A stretch of 64,000 nucleotides of DNA from Eukaryota sp. GEM-RC1 (Eukaryota): assembly GCA_040285855.1 (NCBI GenBank), contig JAUFOQ010000010.1:124001-188000 (forward strand). The letters run 5' to 3'. Within the stretch, counting starts at the first letter, position 1, and every line of letters begins with the position of its first letter. The translations under genes were made by a program, and so were the position numbers. Positions 13,082 through 22,800 of this stretch are shown here, piece by piece. The notes below the pieces were generated by a model. It was not told the origin of the DNA, ran no database searches, and worked only from the letters and a program-made list of their open reading frames with translations.

Positions 13082-13277
13082 GGATGCGCTGTTGGCTTTG
13101 TTGTTGAAGGACTTGTTCTATGTTCAGAAATGTAAAAGGACGCACCTGCTGACTTTCGCAGAGTAGAAGTATCAAGAGAGGAGTATTTAGCCTTTGTAGA
13201 GTTGCTGGGTTTGAAGAGAAACATGGACGAGGAGCCCATTGAAGTGCCGGGAAAAATTCACTCCACCAATTCAACCA

Positions 13278-14642
13278 ATGTCTTCCGAGACAAATAATTT
13301 ATTGGGGAAACCTTCATCCCCTGGCTTTTTCTCTACTCTTGGATGGGCTTCATTCTCCCTGGTTTGGAATCTTTGTAATTCCATCATTTATGCAACTCTT
13401 TTCCCGAAATTACTAGAAGATATTACTGACAAATGGGAGGAGATATACTCAGCGGCCTCTGGAACCACCACCCTCATTGCCTCCATAATGCTTCCCGTTC
13501 TTGGCGTTCTTGCCGATCAAACCAAATCCATCAAAACCTACCTCGTCATTGCCTCAGTCCTTGCAACTCTAATCAATCTCCTTCTTCCCTTTCTCTCGAT
13601 CTTTCCCTCCTCCTATGTCATTCCTGTCGCTCAATCTCTGTACATACTTGGAATGGGTCTTCTTCGTCTCGCAGTTATGTGTAACAACGCTCTTCTGGCG
13701 TGTTTTCCAGTGTCCAAACGTGTTTCTCTGTCTCTAATATCGAACTTTGTTGGTTTCACATGTGCTTTATTTGGCTTTACTTGGTTTGCTCTTGAGAAAA
13801 TATTCAAAAATTGCCAAGATCTCAAATATTTGTCCTTCCTATGTCGTACAGCCAATGCAAATCCTTCAACTTTAACCTTATACGTCTTAATCTTCACTTC
13901 ATCTCTTCTACCTCTACTACTGCTTACACCCTCTGAGAAGTCTTCAGAAGTCAAGAAAAATGACGTGTCGCTGAAGTCAGTTTTCAAGGGATTTTTATCG
14001 GCTTTCAAATCCTTGTTCTTTGAAGTCAAGAATACAATGTTAAAAAAGTTTTTAATCACCTATTTGTTTTACAGTACAGCTGGAACCGTTTGGTCAATCT
14101 TTTTACCATCTTTTATTAAGTCAATGTACAAACCAGATCTTTCCACTGTTTCCTTGGTAATGTTGTGGTTTATGACCGCATTTGTGATCGGAGTTTTGAT
14201 TGGTCTGCTGATTGGAAAGTTGACGTCATCATCACTCATGAAAGATTTTAAATTTTTACTATTTCAGAATTTTTGCTTTTTTATCGCGTTCTGTGCCATC
14301 ATTCTATTTTCATACAAATTTAAATCCTCACCAAACTCTCTATTTTACGTACAAATCACGTCGTCAGTTATTGGTCTTTTGTACTCTTGGAATGCTTCTC
14401 TAAGTCGAGCTGTAATGTCAAAGCTATCTCCAACTGATGACGTGGCATTCTACATGGGACTATTCAGTACTGCAACTTACTTAGGAATAGGGGTTTGTTC
14501 TTATTTAGTTTCGTTTTTAAAGAAAATTGGTTTTTCAATGGTTATTTTACCATGTTTATTAGTATTTACAACGTTTATCGGACAATTTTTATTATTTAAT
14601 TGTATAAGAATTCAAAAGAAGTCTAGTTTTCTTCTGAATTAG
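13278..14642 (+). CDS. MFS transporter (ATG22/UMF1-like)
   Basis: About 12 hydrophobic helices and the MFS loop motif LPVLGVLADQ. The subfamily assignment is inference. Confidence 0.8.
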   Translation: MSSETNNLLGKPSSPGFFSTLGWASFSLVWNLCNSIIYATLFPKLLEDITDKWEEIYSAASGTTTLIASIMLPVLGVLADQTKSIKTYLVIASVLATLINLLLPFLSIFPSSYVIPVAQSLYILGMGLLRLAVMCNNALLACFPVSKRVSLSLISNFVGFTCALFGFTWFALEKIFKNCQDLKYLSFLCRTANANPSTLTLYVLIFTSSLLPLLLLTPSEKSSEVKKNDVSLKSVFKGFLSAFKSLFFEVKNTMLKKFLITYLFYSTAGTVWSIFLPSFIKSMYKPDLSTVSLVMLWFMTAFVIGVLIGLLIGKLTSSSLMKDFKFLLFQNFCFFIAFCAIILFSYKFKSSPNSLFYVQITSSVIGLLYSWNASLSRAVMSKLSPTDDVAFYMGLFSTATYLGIGVCSYLVSFLKKIGFSMVILPCLLVFTTFIGQFLLFNCIRIQKKSSFLLN

Positions 14643-15137
14643 TATAAATTTATTACTCTGTTTGTGTCTTTCTTTTTCTTTCTTCAAAAATCTTGTAATG
14701 GATGTTCTGTTGCTGGACTATGTTACAATACACCGAATCCAAAATTCCTTTTAGTCAGAAAACTGGTAACAAAATGGGGATTAGGAATTTGGAATATTTG
14801 TAAATAAAGAAGATTTGTGAGGAAAAGGTCAAAACTCATTGAATTACTTGAATTATTTGGAAGTTGATTGATATGAGATCATTTTCTAAAATGTACCGGA
14901 CTAGGTACTGTACCTTTTTGTGAAATTTAGGGGAGAAGGTCAAAACTCATTGAGAAGTTGATTGATATGATACCAGTATCATATTCTCTAACCCGGTCTA
15001 CCGGACTATCGATAGTTACTTCCAGAGAATAAGAAATGACATCTTTGTTTAAGCAAGATTAGTCTTATCGATTACTTCTAGAACAAAAAACAGACATTTA
15101 AACCAATATTTTTTAAAAAGGACAATAAATTAAAATT

Positions 15138-16625
15138 CTAAAAAAGATTCGAAACCCAATCAATAAACTGTCTCCACAAGTCCACCAAACCTTCAGTTCC
15201 AACAACAGAATGACAAACATAAACGATATAAATTAATACAAACACCACCCCTAAACTTCTCCTCATCTTAAATCTAGCTACAGCCAAACCCAGGAAACCA
15301 ATTATACCAGAAGCAATTGTTAAAATAGAATGAAGGAAGATTCCTGGTTCATCCGCTATAACCGGTTGTCTGGGGTAGACACAGGTTTGAAGGAAAAACG
15401 GAACTCCAAGAGCAATCAAAATATCAAAAATCTAAAGTTATCAAAATTTCAAATACTTACATACATTACTTCCAAAGATATTCCCCGTCACAGCGTTTCC
15501 CATGCCCTGCCTACCAAGTAAAACTGAAGCAAAAGCTTCGGGGTAACTTGTCATGGGTGCTAGCATTGTTACTCCTGCTATTTGCGAAGAAACATCAATT
15601 AAAACAATAAGTTCTGATATCCATCGTACCACTACAAATTCAATTATAGCTAACCAAACAATTGACAAAACAAATGTTAAAATGTAGAAACGTTCTTTCT
15701 TTGGTGTTGAACAATCAGGAATTAAAAATTTTAAAAAAAGTCTAGATGGAAAGCTCATAATGAGAGCAAATCTCTTTCCTATTCCAGGGGGAAAGTAGCT
15801 CAAATCACGTGCAGCAGCATCACCATGATGATGTGCTTGTTTCTCAATTTTTGTTCTAAAATATCAATCTCATCATAATCAACATTAATATACCCAAACT
15901 GGTACATATCATCATCAGGTTTAGTTTTCTTCAACTTCTTTTTGATCCAAAGGATTAGAGTTCCTGAAACAGCGATGCAGGCAACGTAGAACACATAGGT
16001 AGATAGCAGGACGATGCTCTTAGTAGCAGTAACTTTCTTATCCAGAAAGACATAGAGTAAAAGAAACAGCAGAGATCAAGTAAAAGATGACGTCACGCAA
16101 AAGGTACTTCCACGACACTGGGGTGGGTTTGCTGACGAAGAGACACGTGGCACCGATTCCAATGAAAACGTTGAAGACACAACTTCCAACTTCAGCACCA
16201 ATACCCATGTCACTTTCTCCAATGAAGAGAGCAGCAACAGCAGAGAAAAGGTTGGGAGCACTGGAACCCATGGCAACGAGAGTAGCTCCCGCCACGTCAT
16301 CAGAGAGTTTGAAACGTTCAATGATGACGTTGATACTAGGGACGAAGTAGAGGTCGCAGAGTTTAGAGACAAGGATGATGCTGTAAAGCATGTAGGAGAG
16401 GAGGATGATGACACGAGTTTGATCATGTGAGAGAGATTTCTCCACCGGGAAGGAAGAGATTCCAGTGTCTGGCTGAGGTTGTATCTTAGAAGAAGGTAAG
16501 ATGAAGAAGGTCACCAGAGATAAGGACAGCAGTCCAATGGCTAATTGAACTTGAGGCTTGAGCATTGGAAATTTTTGGACAGTGGTTTTCACTTTGGTTA
16601 CACCCCCATTTGGTTGCATATTCAT
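15138..16625 (-). CDS. K-dependent Na/Ca exchanger (NCKX/CaCA family); one intron plus frameshifts
   Basis: Alpha-1 repeat VAGATLVAMGSSAPNLF...VGSCVFN. Alpha-2 repeat AGVTMLAPMTSYPEAFAS...GNIFGSN-IFDIL, restored by removing a 33-nt intron. Confidence 0.88.
15432..15464 (-). other. 33-nt spliceosomal intron
   Basis: GTATGTAAGTATTTGAAATTTTGATAACTTTAG. It contains an in-frame stop, and removing it restores GSN|IFDILIALG. Confidence 0.8.
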
Positions 16626-16694
16626 TTTGTTGGTGGTAAAATTTTTCTCACCAGCACATCTTTCACCAACCCAAATTTCCTTGGTTATCCATCA

Positions 16695-16844
16695 ATGGGA
16701 CTTACTTTTGAGATGCTATTACAAGGAGTTGACTTAAAACAACTCAGTCGACGTCCATCTGAAGATACGAAGACCAGGGCCGTCTACACTCACCTCATCT
16801 TAGGTGAAAGCCAAGATGCAGTTGCGAGATGCATAAAGGTCTGA
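16695..16844 (+). CDS. 49-aa helix-turn-helix-like mini-ORF
   Basis: PSEDTKTRAVYTHLILGESQDAVARC. Paralogous to the next mini-ORF and resembles the N-terminal HTH of IS630/Tc1 transposases. Confidence 0.4.
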   Translation: MGLTFEMLLQGVDLKQLSRRPSEDTKTRAVYTHLILGESQDAVARCIKV

Positions 16845-16936
16845 TCCGCATTTTAGATCTTCACATTTTAGACCTAACATCTTCCCTCATCTTCCTCGCC
16901 TTCTCTTCCGTTCTTGAAGACTTCTTTTACATCACA

Positions 16937-17080
16937 ATGTGTTTGACTTGGGATCTTCTTCATTCACACGAAGATTTTCGATCTCTTCCCCTAAAACCCT
17001 CAGAAGACTTAAAAGTACGTGCTGTATGGAGGTATTTGTTCTTAGGACTTAGTCAAGAAGATACTGCCAGGATCTTCTGA
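16937..17080 (+). CDS. 47-aa helix-turn-helix-like mini-ORF
   Basis: PSEDLKVRAVWRYLFLGLSQEDTARIF, a paralog of 16695..16844. Confidence 0.4.
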   Translation: MCLTWDLLHSHEDFRSLPLKPSEDLKVRAVWRYLFLGLSQEDTARIF

Positions 17081-17082
17081 AA

Positions 17083-17185
17083 TACAACATTTGTAATGAC
17101 AACATTTGTAATGACAACATTTGGTGATATAACATTTGTAATGACAACATTTGGTGATATAACATTTGTAATGACAACATTTGAA
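17083..17185. repeat. 15-bp tandem repeat (AACATTTGTAATGAC / AACATTTGGTGATAT)
   Basis: About 7 units seen directly. Confidence 0.9.
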
Positions 17186-17289
17186 ATGAAAGTGTCGTAT
17201 GTGTAATGAATTGTTGACATTGATATTTTTTCACCTTCGATCTTTTGAATTGTTGACTATTTTATATTTGAATCTACAAAACTACAAGT

Positions 17290-17450
17290 GCTTTTTGTAA
17301 CACAAAATGTGTTTCACAAGATTCGTAACACAAGATGTGTTTTACAAGATCTGTAACACAAGATGTGTAATACAAGATTTGTAACACAAGATGTGTTTTA
17401 CAACATTTGTAATACAAGATGTGTTTTACAAGATGTGTAATACAAGATGA
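17290..17450. repeat. 14-bp tandem repeat (ACAAGATGTGTAAT / ACAAGATGTGTTTT)
   Basis: About 11 degenerate units seen directly. Confidence 0.88.
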
Positions 17451-19058
17451 AACTATCAAAATTACCTATATTTACCAATCTTTTCAAAATTAAATATAAT
17501 TCAAATAAAACACACATACCAGTCTTTTCATCATTTTTCAAATACTCTTTCAAAACATGAAACAATTCCACAAGCACATCACTACAATAACGTTCATCAA
17601 CATTATCCCTACCAATCACATCGGTAATGTAACAGTTTCTTATTGTTTTCACTTCCATACTTGATGAAGAATCAGACCGAATACAATCTAGTACATTATC
17701 GACAATTGACTGAATTCCAATAGTTAAGTCCACTCTGAGTTGTTTTGAAGTAGCAACACGATCATACTCCAAAAGAGGCGACAATGATATTGTTTCATAA
17801 GTCACATTGTCAGTTTGTTGATATTCACATATGGAATCACATTTTTCATTTTCGAAGCTTTCAGTCTGAACTTCCTTGAGACAAAATCGTTTTTCATCAT
17901 CAATAAGAGGAAATACCTGGGAACTTTTTCTTTCTGTACCAGCACTGACATTCTTATTTAATAATAAATTCTTCGTTGGTAAAGGGGTTTTCTTCAAACG
18001 GGGAAGTGATGGTAGAGTAATGTTGCCGCGTGGTAATTGAGGAAGAAATTTATTGACACAAATCTCAGGAGAATTTTTGTTAAAAATTGAGTCACAATTA
18101 ATAAATTTGGGAGGAATATTAGTTTCATCTTCTTCAAGTATTACTCAATTGCCAGGGAGATTTATTTTTAATCTAAAAAGATCATGAATGGCTTGTTAAC
18201 ATGAGACTTCGTTTAGGTTTTTGGCCATTTGGTTTGTTACAGAACAGCACGTGTATCTGTAAAAACAAACATAAGGCTAGCTTTCATCATTTGGTCAATT
18301 GTTCAAAGTTCATATATTGTCGTTCAATTTTGCACAACAGTCTTCGAGATACATGTTTGGAAATGTTTAAGGCAAATGGTTTCCATGGCAAAGTCGAACC
18401 ATTACTTTCTCATCTTTCAGATCACCCTGATTCTACTCAGAAACGTGGTGATTTTATTGGCCCTTGGTTGTCATGCCAAGAAATTGTTGTTGATTTTACG
18501 ACCGTTGATCCTTGCAAAGCTTCAGCTATTGCCAACATTTTGAATCCCTCAAATGATCCGCTGAAAGACGCTGAGAACGCCAAAGTGTCTAAGTATGGAC
18601 ATCAAGTTGCTGCATTGAATTCACGAAGACACAATAATATCGTCTTTCAGCCTTTTGCAGTTTCATTGTACGGAAATTTCGGTTCTTCTACCAAGGAGTT
18701 TTTAAGTTTATTTGAAAATTTGTGTTCAGAACTTGGCAAGAAGTTTAACAGATCGTACTGGAAGAGTAAATTTGCTTTTTCGATTTTTAGGTCTATGTAT
18801 AGATATGTTGATTCCATTTTGTCCAAGTTGTTTGGAGGCAACTACTTTTCGGAATTAGGTAGTTCGTTTGATAATTTGTTTTAATAGTGTTTATCTATTT
18901 GTACTTAACTTATTATGTGTTTTTCTCCGCACATAAATCCGTTTTTCTTCTTCAAGTTCATCATTTACAACAATGACACCTTCCAAAGTTCTTAAGAAAG
19001 AACAACATGAAATGGTTATCAGCTGCATGTAGATATCGCCATCAGTGTCAGAGTTCAT
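17398..19058 (-). pseudogene. Hypothetical host gene interrupted by a retrotransposon insertion
   Basis: Removing 18140-18957 gives a continuous frame from ATG 19058 (MNSDTDGDIYMQ...VNDELEEDETNIPPKF...) into ORF 17398..17997. Confidence 0.6.
18140..18945 (+). mobile_element. 5'-truncated CRE-like non-LTR retrotransposon, family C, with 12-bp TSD
   Basis: Cys/His knuckle-like region plus REL endonuclease (CICK...HHLVNC...HNSLRD...RGD...VDFTTVDP...KY). TCTTCTTCAAGT occurs at 18128-18139 and 18946-18957. A homologous copy lies at 57370-57990. Confidence 0.85.
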
Positions 19059-19072
19059 TATCAATTAACAAG

Positions 19073-19720
19073 CAGTGTTGCGCCATAACCGAAAATAAAT
19101 TTCCCATACGCGTATGGGCGTATGGACGTATGGGAAAATGGCAGAATGGCTGACAATGACCATCAATGCATATCTAACAGAATCTTTCCAACATCTCTTT
19201 GCTTCATAATGTATAAGTACCATCTCCTACACTCTCTATGTGTAGTTTCTCAGCCAGGTAAACCTCGTGCTTAAACAATTTGCCATCAAATTAGTATCAC
19301 AAGTATGCTCTGTAAGAGTGTGTGAAAGAGTTTGAGTACCCGCTCATTTATTCATAACAAACGAATAAACACACTTCTTTGTAGTTTTTTCCCTTTATAG
19401 ACCAGAAATAGTGAGACAAGACAAAAAAAGACACTTAAATTGGATCGTGCTAAGAAAACTGGTTTCTATACACTTCAATGGAACCCATGTCAAAAACACC
19501 CAGCAATGGCAGCAGAGACGGTATCCTGATAGTGAATATTTTTAAGAGGTGAAGTGGAGGTTTAGTTAAGTTTATTAATCCATATACTTATTAACATGTC
19601 ATAGAGTGCACGTGTCGAAGAAGTTCAAAAACAGATACATGTAGTCAACGTGCCATACGCGTATGGGTGTATGGACGTATGGCAGTCCATACGTGTATGG
19701 CAAACAATGGCGCAACACTG
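19073..19720 (+). mobile_element. Non-autonomous hAT element
   Basis: 14-bp TIRs CAGTGTTGCGCCAT / ATGGCGCAACACTG. 8-bp TSD TTAACAAG at 19065-19072 and 19721-19728. Subterminal CGTATGG repeats and remnant dimerisation-domain codons (LVSQVCSVRVCER, LDRAKKLVSIHFN). Confidence 0.92.
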
Positions 19721-19803
19721 TTAACAAGAAGTTGGCACAAAAAGTCAACTGTAGTCAGTTTACAGATATTCCTCTCTCAATATCAACTACGATTCTCTCA
19801 TCC

Positions 19804-22800
19804 ATGTCTCGCTGGATAAGCCACTCTTGTTGTTATTCCTCCACGTCCTTTCCAACCATACTTCACTGTATAAGTTGTGGTAGATTGGCTTGGGGTTTGA
19901 CTCTCGCTTTGGATGCTTCCCCCGCTTCAACGTACTCCACGTCCTTTCCAACCTTACTTCACTGTATGAGTTGTGGTAGATTGGCTTGGGGTTTGACTCT
20001 CGCTTTGGATGCTTCTCCCGCTTCAACGTACTCCACGTCCTTTCCAACCATACTTCACTGTATAAGTTGTGGTAGATTGGCTTGGGGTTTGACTCTCGCT
20101 TTGGATGCTTCCCCCGCTTCAACGTACTCCACGTCCTTTCCAACCTTACTTCACTGTATGAGTTGTGGTAGATTGGCTTGGGGTTTGACTCTCGCTTTGG
20201 ATGCTTCCCCCGCTTCAACGTACTCCACGTCCTTTCCAACCATACTTCACTGTATAAGTTGTGGTAGATTGGCTTGGGGTTTGACTCTCGCTTTGGATGC
20301 TTCCCCCGCTTCAACGTACTCCACGTCCTTTCCAACCATACTTCACTGTATAAGTTGTGGTAGATTGGCTTGGGGTTATCCCTCGACTCCGTCTCGGTAT
20401 ATTCCGTTCCTGACCGCAATTATAGTTTCCTTTGCTCAGATGATCCTTTCTGTTGTTTCATCATCTTTTTCTGCTTTGTGTCTCATATTACGTATAGTTT
20501 TCTCCTCCCGTCATCCATTCAAAGAAGACCTCACCGCCGACGGTGACATTGGAGTCCAATCCAGGACCGATTTCCGAATCAGCCTTACAGACTTTGTTGC
20601 CTGATGAGTGGATCGATGATGAAGTTATTGATCAGTATTGTCTGTATCTCTTAAACTTACATAATTATCCTGTTGAATGCTTTATTTCTCCGATTCTAAT
20701 GTTGCACAATGCTGTAGATACAACCACTCAACAATTTGATGTTGTTCTACTCACGAAGTTTATCATACAACAATTGACAAATAATGGTCATTGCCGATAT
20801 TTCATTGCTCCTGTTATTAATAATACAGGTACCAAAGGTTATCACTGGGGGTTGTTGATTATCGACTGTCAACACACAAAGTGGTTGTTCATTGATCCAA
20901 ATTACGACACTAATGATTTTTATCTAGATGAAGAAAACGTAGAATGTCCATCTGGTAGCTTCAATGTGTTCTTATCAACAGTGCATTCAGCACTTAGTGT
21001 GCTTGAGTATAGGCCTATCATTGTACCGGTTACCCAGAAACAAACACCTAATGACTGTGGAGTCTATGTTCTTGAGTATATCAGAATATTTGTACATGCT
21101 TTGAACTTTCGCAATATAGATAACGTTTCAGCTGTAATAGATGAATTACAGAATGCTAACAAATACATTGATGCTGGTTCAGTTCGAGAGACCATTATTA
21201 ATTTTTTTGTACAATCAACGGTAACGACTGTTGATCATCCTGAGTCACGTAAGTCCAAACCAAGAGAGCCATCTGGTGCTACTCCTGCAAAACGAAAATC
21301 AAAAATCAGTCCAGCCAGTCCATTACCACCTACAGTATTAAAACCCGTTCCTGTCACACCTATCCGTGTCTCCAAAAAAATCAGGACCACAGATCCACTC
21401 AGTCAATCAGGTCTTACTCCTCAAACACGAAAACAAAGAATTGTTTCTGAAAGTAAACAGACAATGCCATCTCAGTCACCTCCGTCAATACCTGAAGTGC
21501 AGCCAGAACAAGAACCCAATCAATCACAAAAGTTCTGTCTAATTGAGATAAAAAGTGTGATCTCAGATCCTGAACGCTTGAATCTTAAAGTCGTTCGAGT
21601 TAAACAGGAGCCAGAAGTAGACGAAGAGATTGAATCAACTTCAGAAGGTATTCCACAAATTCAGGATACTACTTTTGAAATTCAGCGTGATCCAGATTTA
21701 GATCCAATTGTGTCAATCTCTCTTCAGTTTACCCATGATAAATTTGCAAATGAAACTCACCTATTCACCCATAATGTTTCAGAAATTTCACTTCCTAATT
21801 GCGTAGTTCACACGTTTACAACTGAAAAATCAATGTTAACAAATTTCATTACATTTTTAAATCTTAACAAGCCCAGTTTGTTAATAAGTTATGATTGGCA
21901 TTTAGATACTTTTCCGTTTTTTGTATCACGATGTAAAAAATTAGAAATTGACATTGATTATACAATTGATGATTACATTTCTTCTCTTCCATCTTGGTTC
22001 CATAGATGGTGCAAACCAACGGAAATTGGTCCTTTTTATTCCCTTGACTTGAATTCAGTATTGAAGAAGTTGTATGTCTTTAGAAGAGGTCGGTTTTTGG
22101 AAAACGTGACAACAATTATGATGGACATGAATAATCATTCAAGAACATTTGAAAGTTTTGACAAGGAAAATATCTTCCTTAAGAGAATATTTCATTCTTT
22201 AGACAATCCTCTAGTGTCAGATGAAGAAATGAAGGTTAAAACCGAAGAACGTCAAAAAAAAGCGCCATCTGTGAAACTAAAACCCAAGGCTGTTATGGAG
22301 ATTCGATTGTTAGCAGAATTAACAAAACTTAATGAACTTTGGGAATCTAAAACTTCGAGAACCACTTCGAGAGCCACTTTGTTATCGAACTCAATCAATA
22401 AGTTGTTTCTAATACAATACATTCTCTTTGATCTTCTCGATGAAAAAAAGCAAAAATTAAGAGAACGACCACCAATGAAGGCGGTGAAAAACGATTAGAT
22501 AATGTTGTATCAAAGACTAAAGCGAATTGGATGGAATCTTGTGCTAAGAGAGCTCATCAAGTCAGAGTTCGTGGTACACATATGTTGAAACATTTTTTCG
22601 TTACTAAGTTTCACAACTCTCTAATTTTCGACAAGGTCAAAGAGATACTACCTCCCACTGTTAAAGAAGAAATTGAAACAGACACTGAAGTTTCAGACAC
22701 TGAACAAACAGAAATTTTAAGTGAAGAGTTTGTGCCTCAACAATTAGAAGAAGAAACTGAATTGCCTGTGACTTCGGACCCTGATTTTGGTTTGGATCGT

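Noticed and set aside
14818..14975. Short direct duplication AAGGTCAAAACTCATTGA...GAAGTTGATTGATATGA
   Set aside because: It is a local intergenic duplication with no further structure I could support.
19073..19720. hAT element as the left end of the Fanzor element
   Set aside because: It has its own paired TIRs and a perfect 8-bp TSD, so it is an independent insertion.
19663..19803. Track start of the 313-aa ORF at 19663
   Set aside because: It lies inside the hAT element's subterminal repeats. ATG 19804 is the first start outside the element.
19840..20377. CRISPR array next to a Cas12-like nuclease
   Set aside because: The units are contiguous and near-identical with no unique spacers, there are no cas genes, and the context is eukaryotic.
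19787..20419. 210-aa minus-strand ORF
   Set aside because: It is open only because the 96-bp unit lacks a stop in that frame, and there is no other support.
21525..22498. Polinton or viral DNA polymerase B
   Set aside because: Only a degenerate exonuclease-like segment is present. No polymerase motifs, integrase, capsid or packaging ATPase were found nearby.
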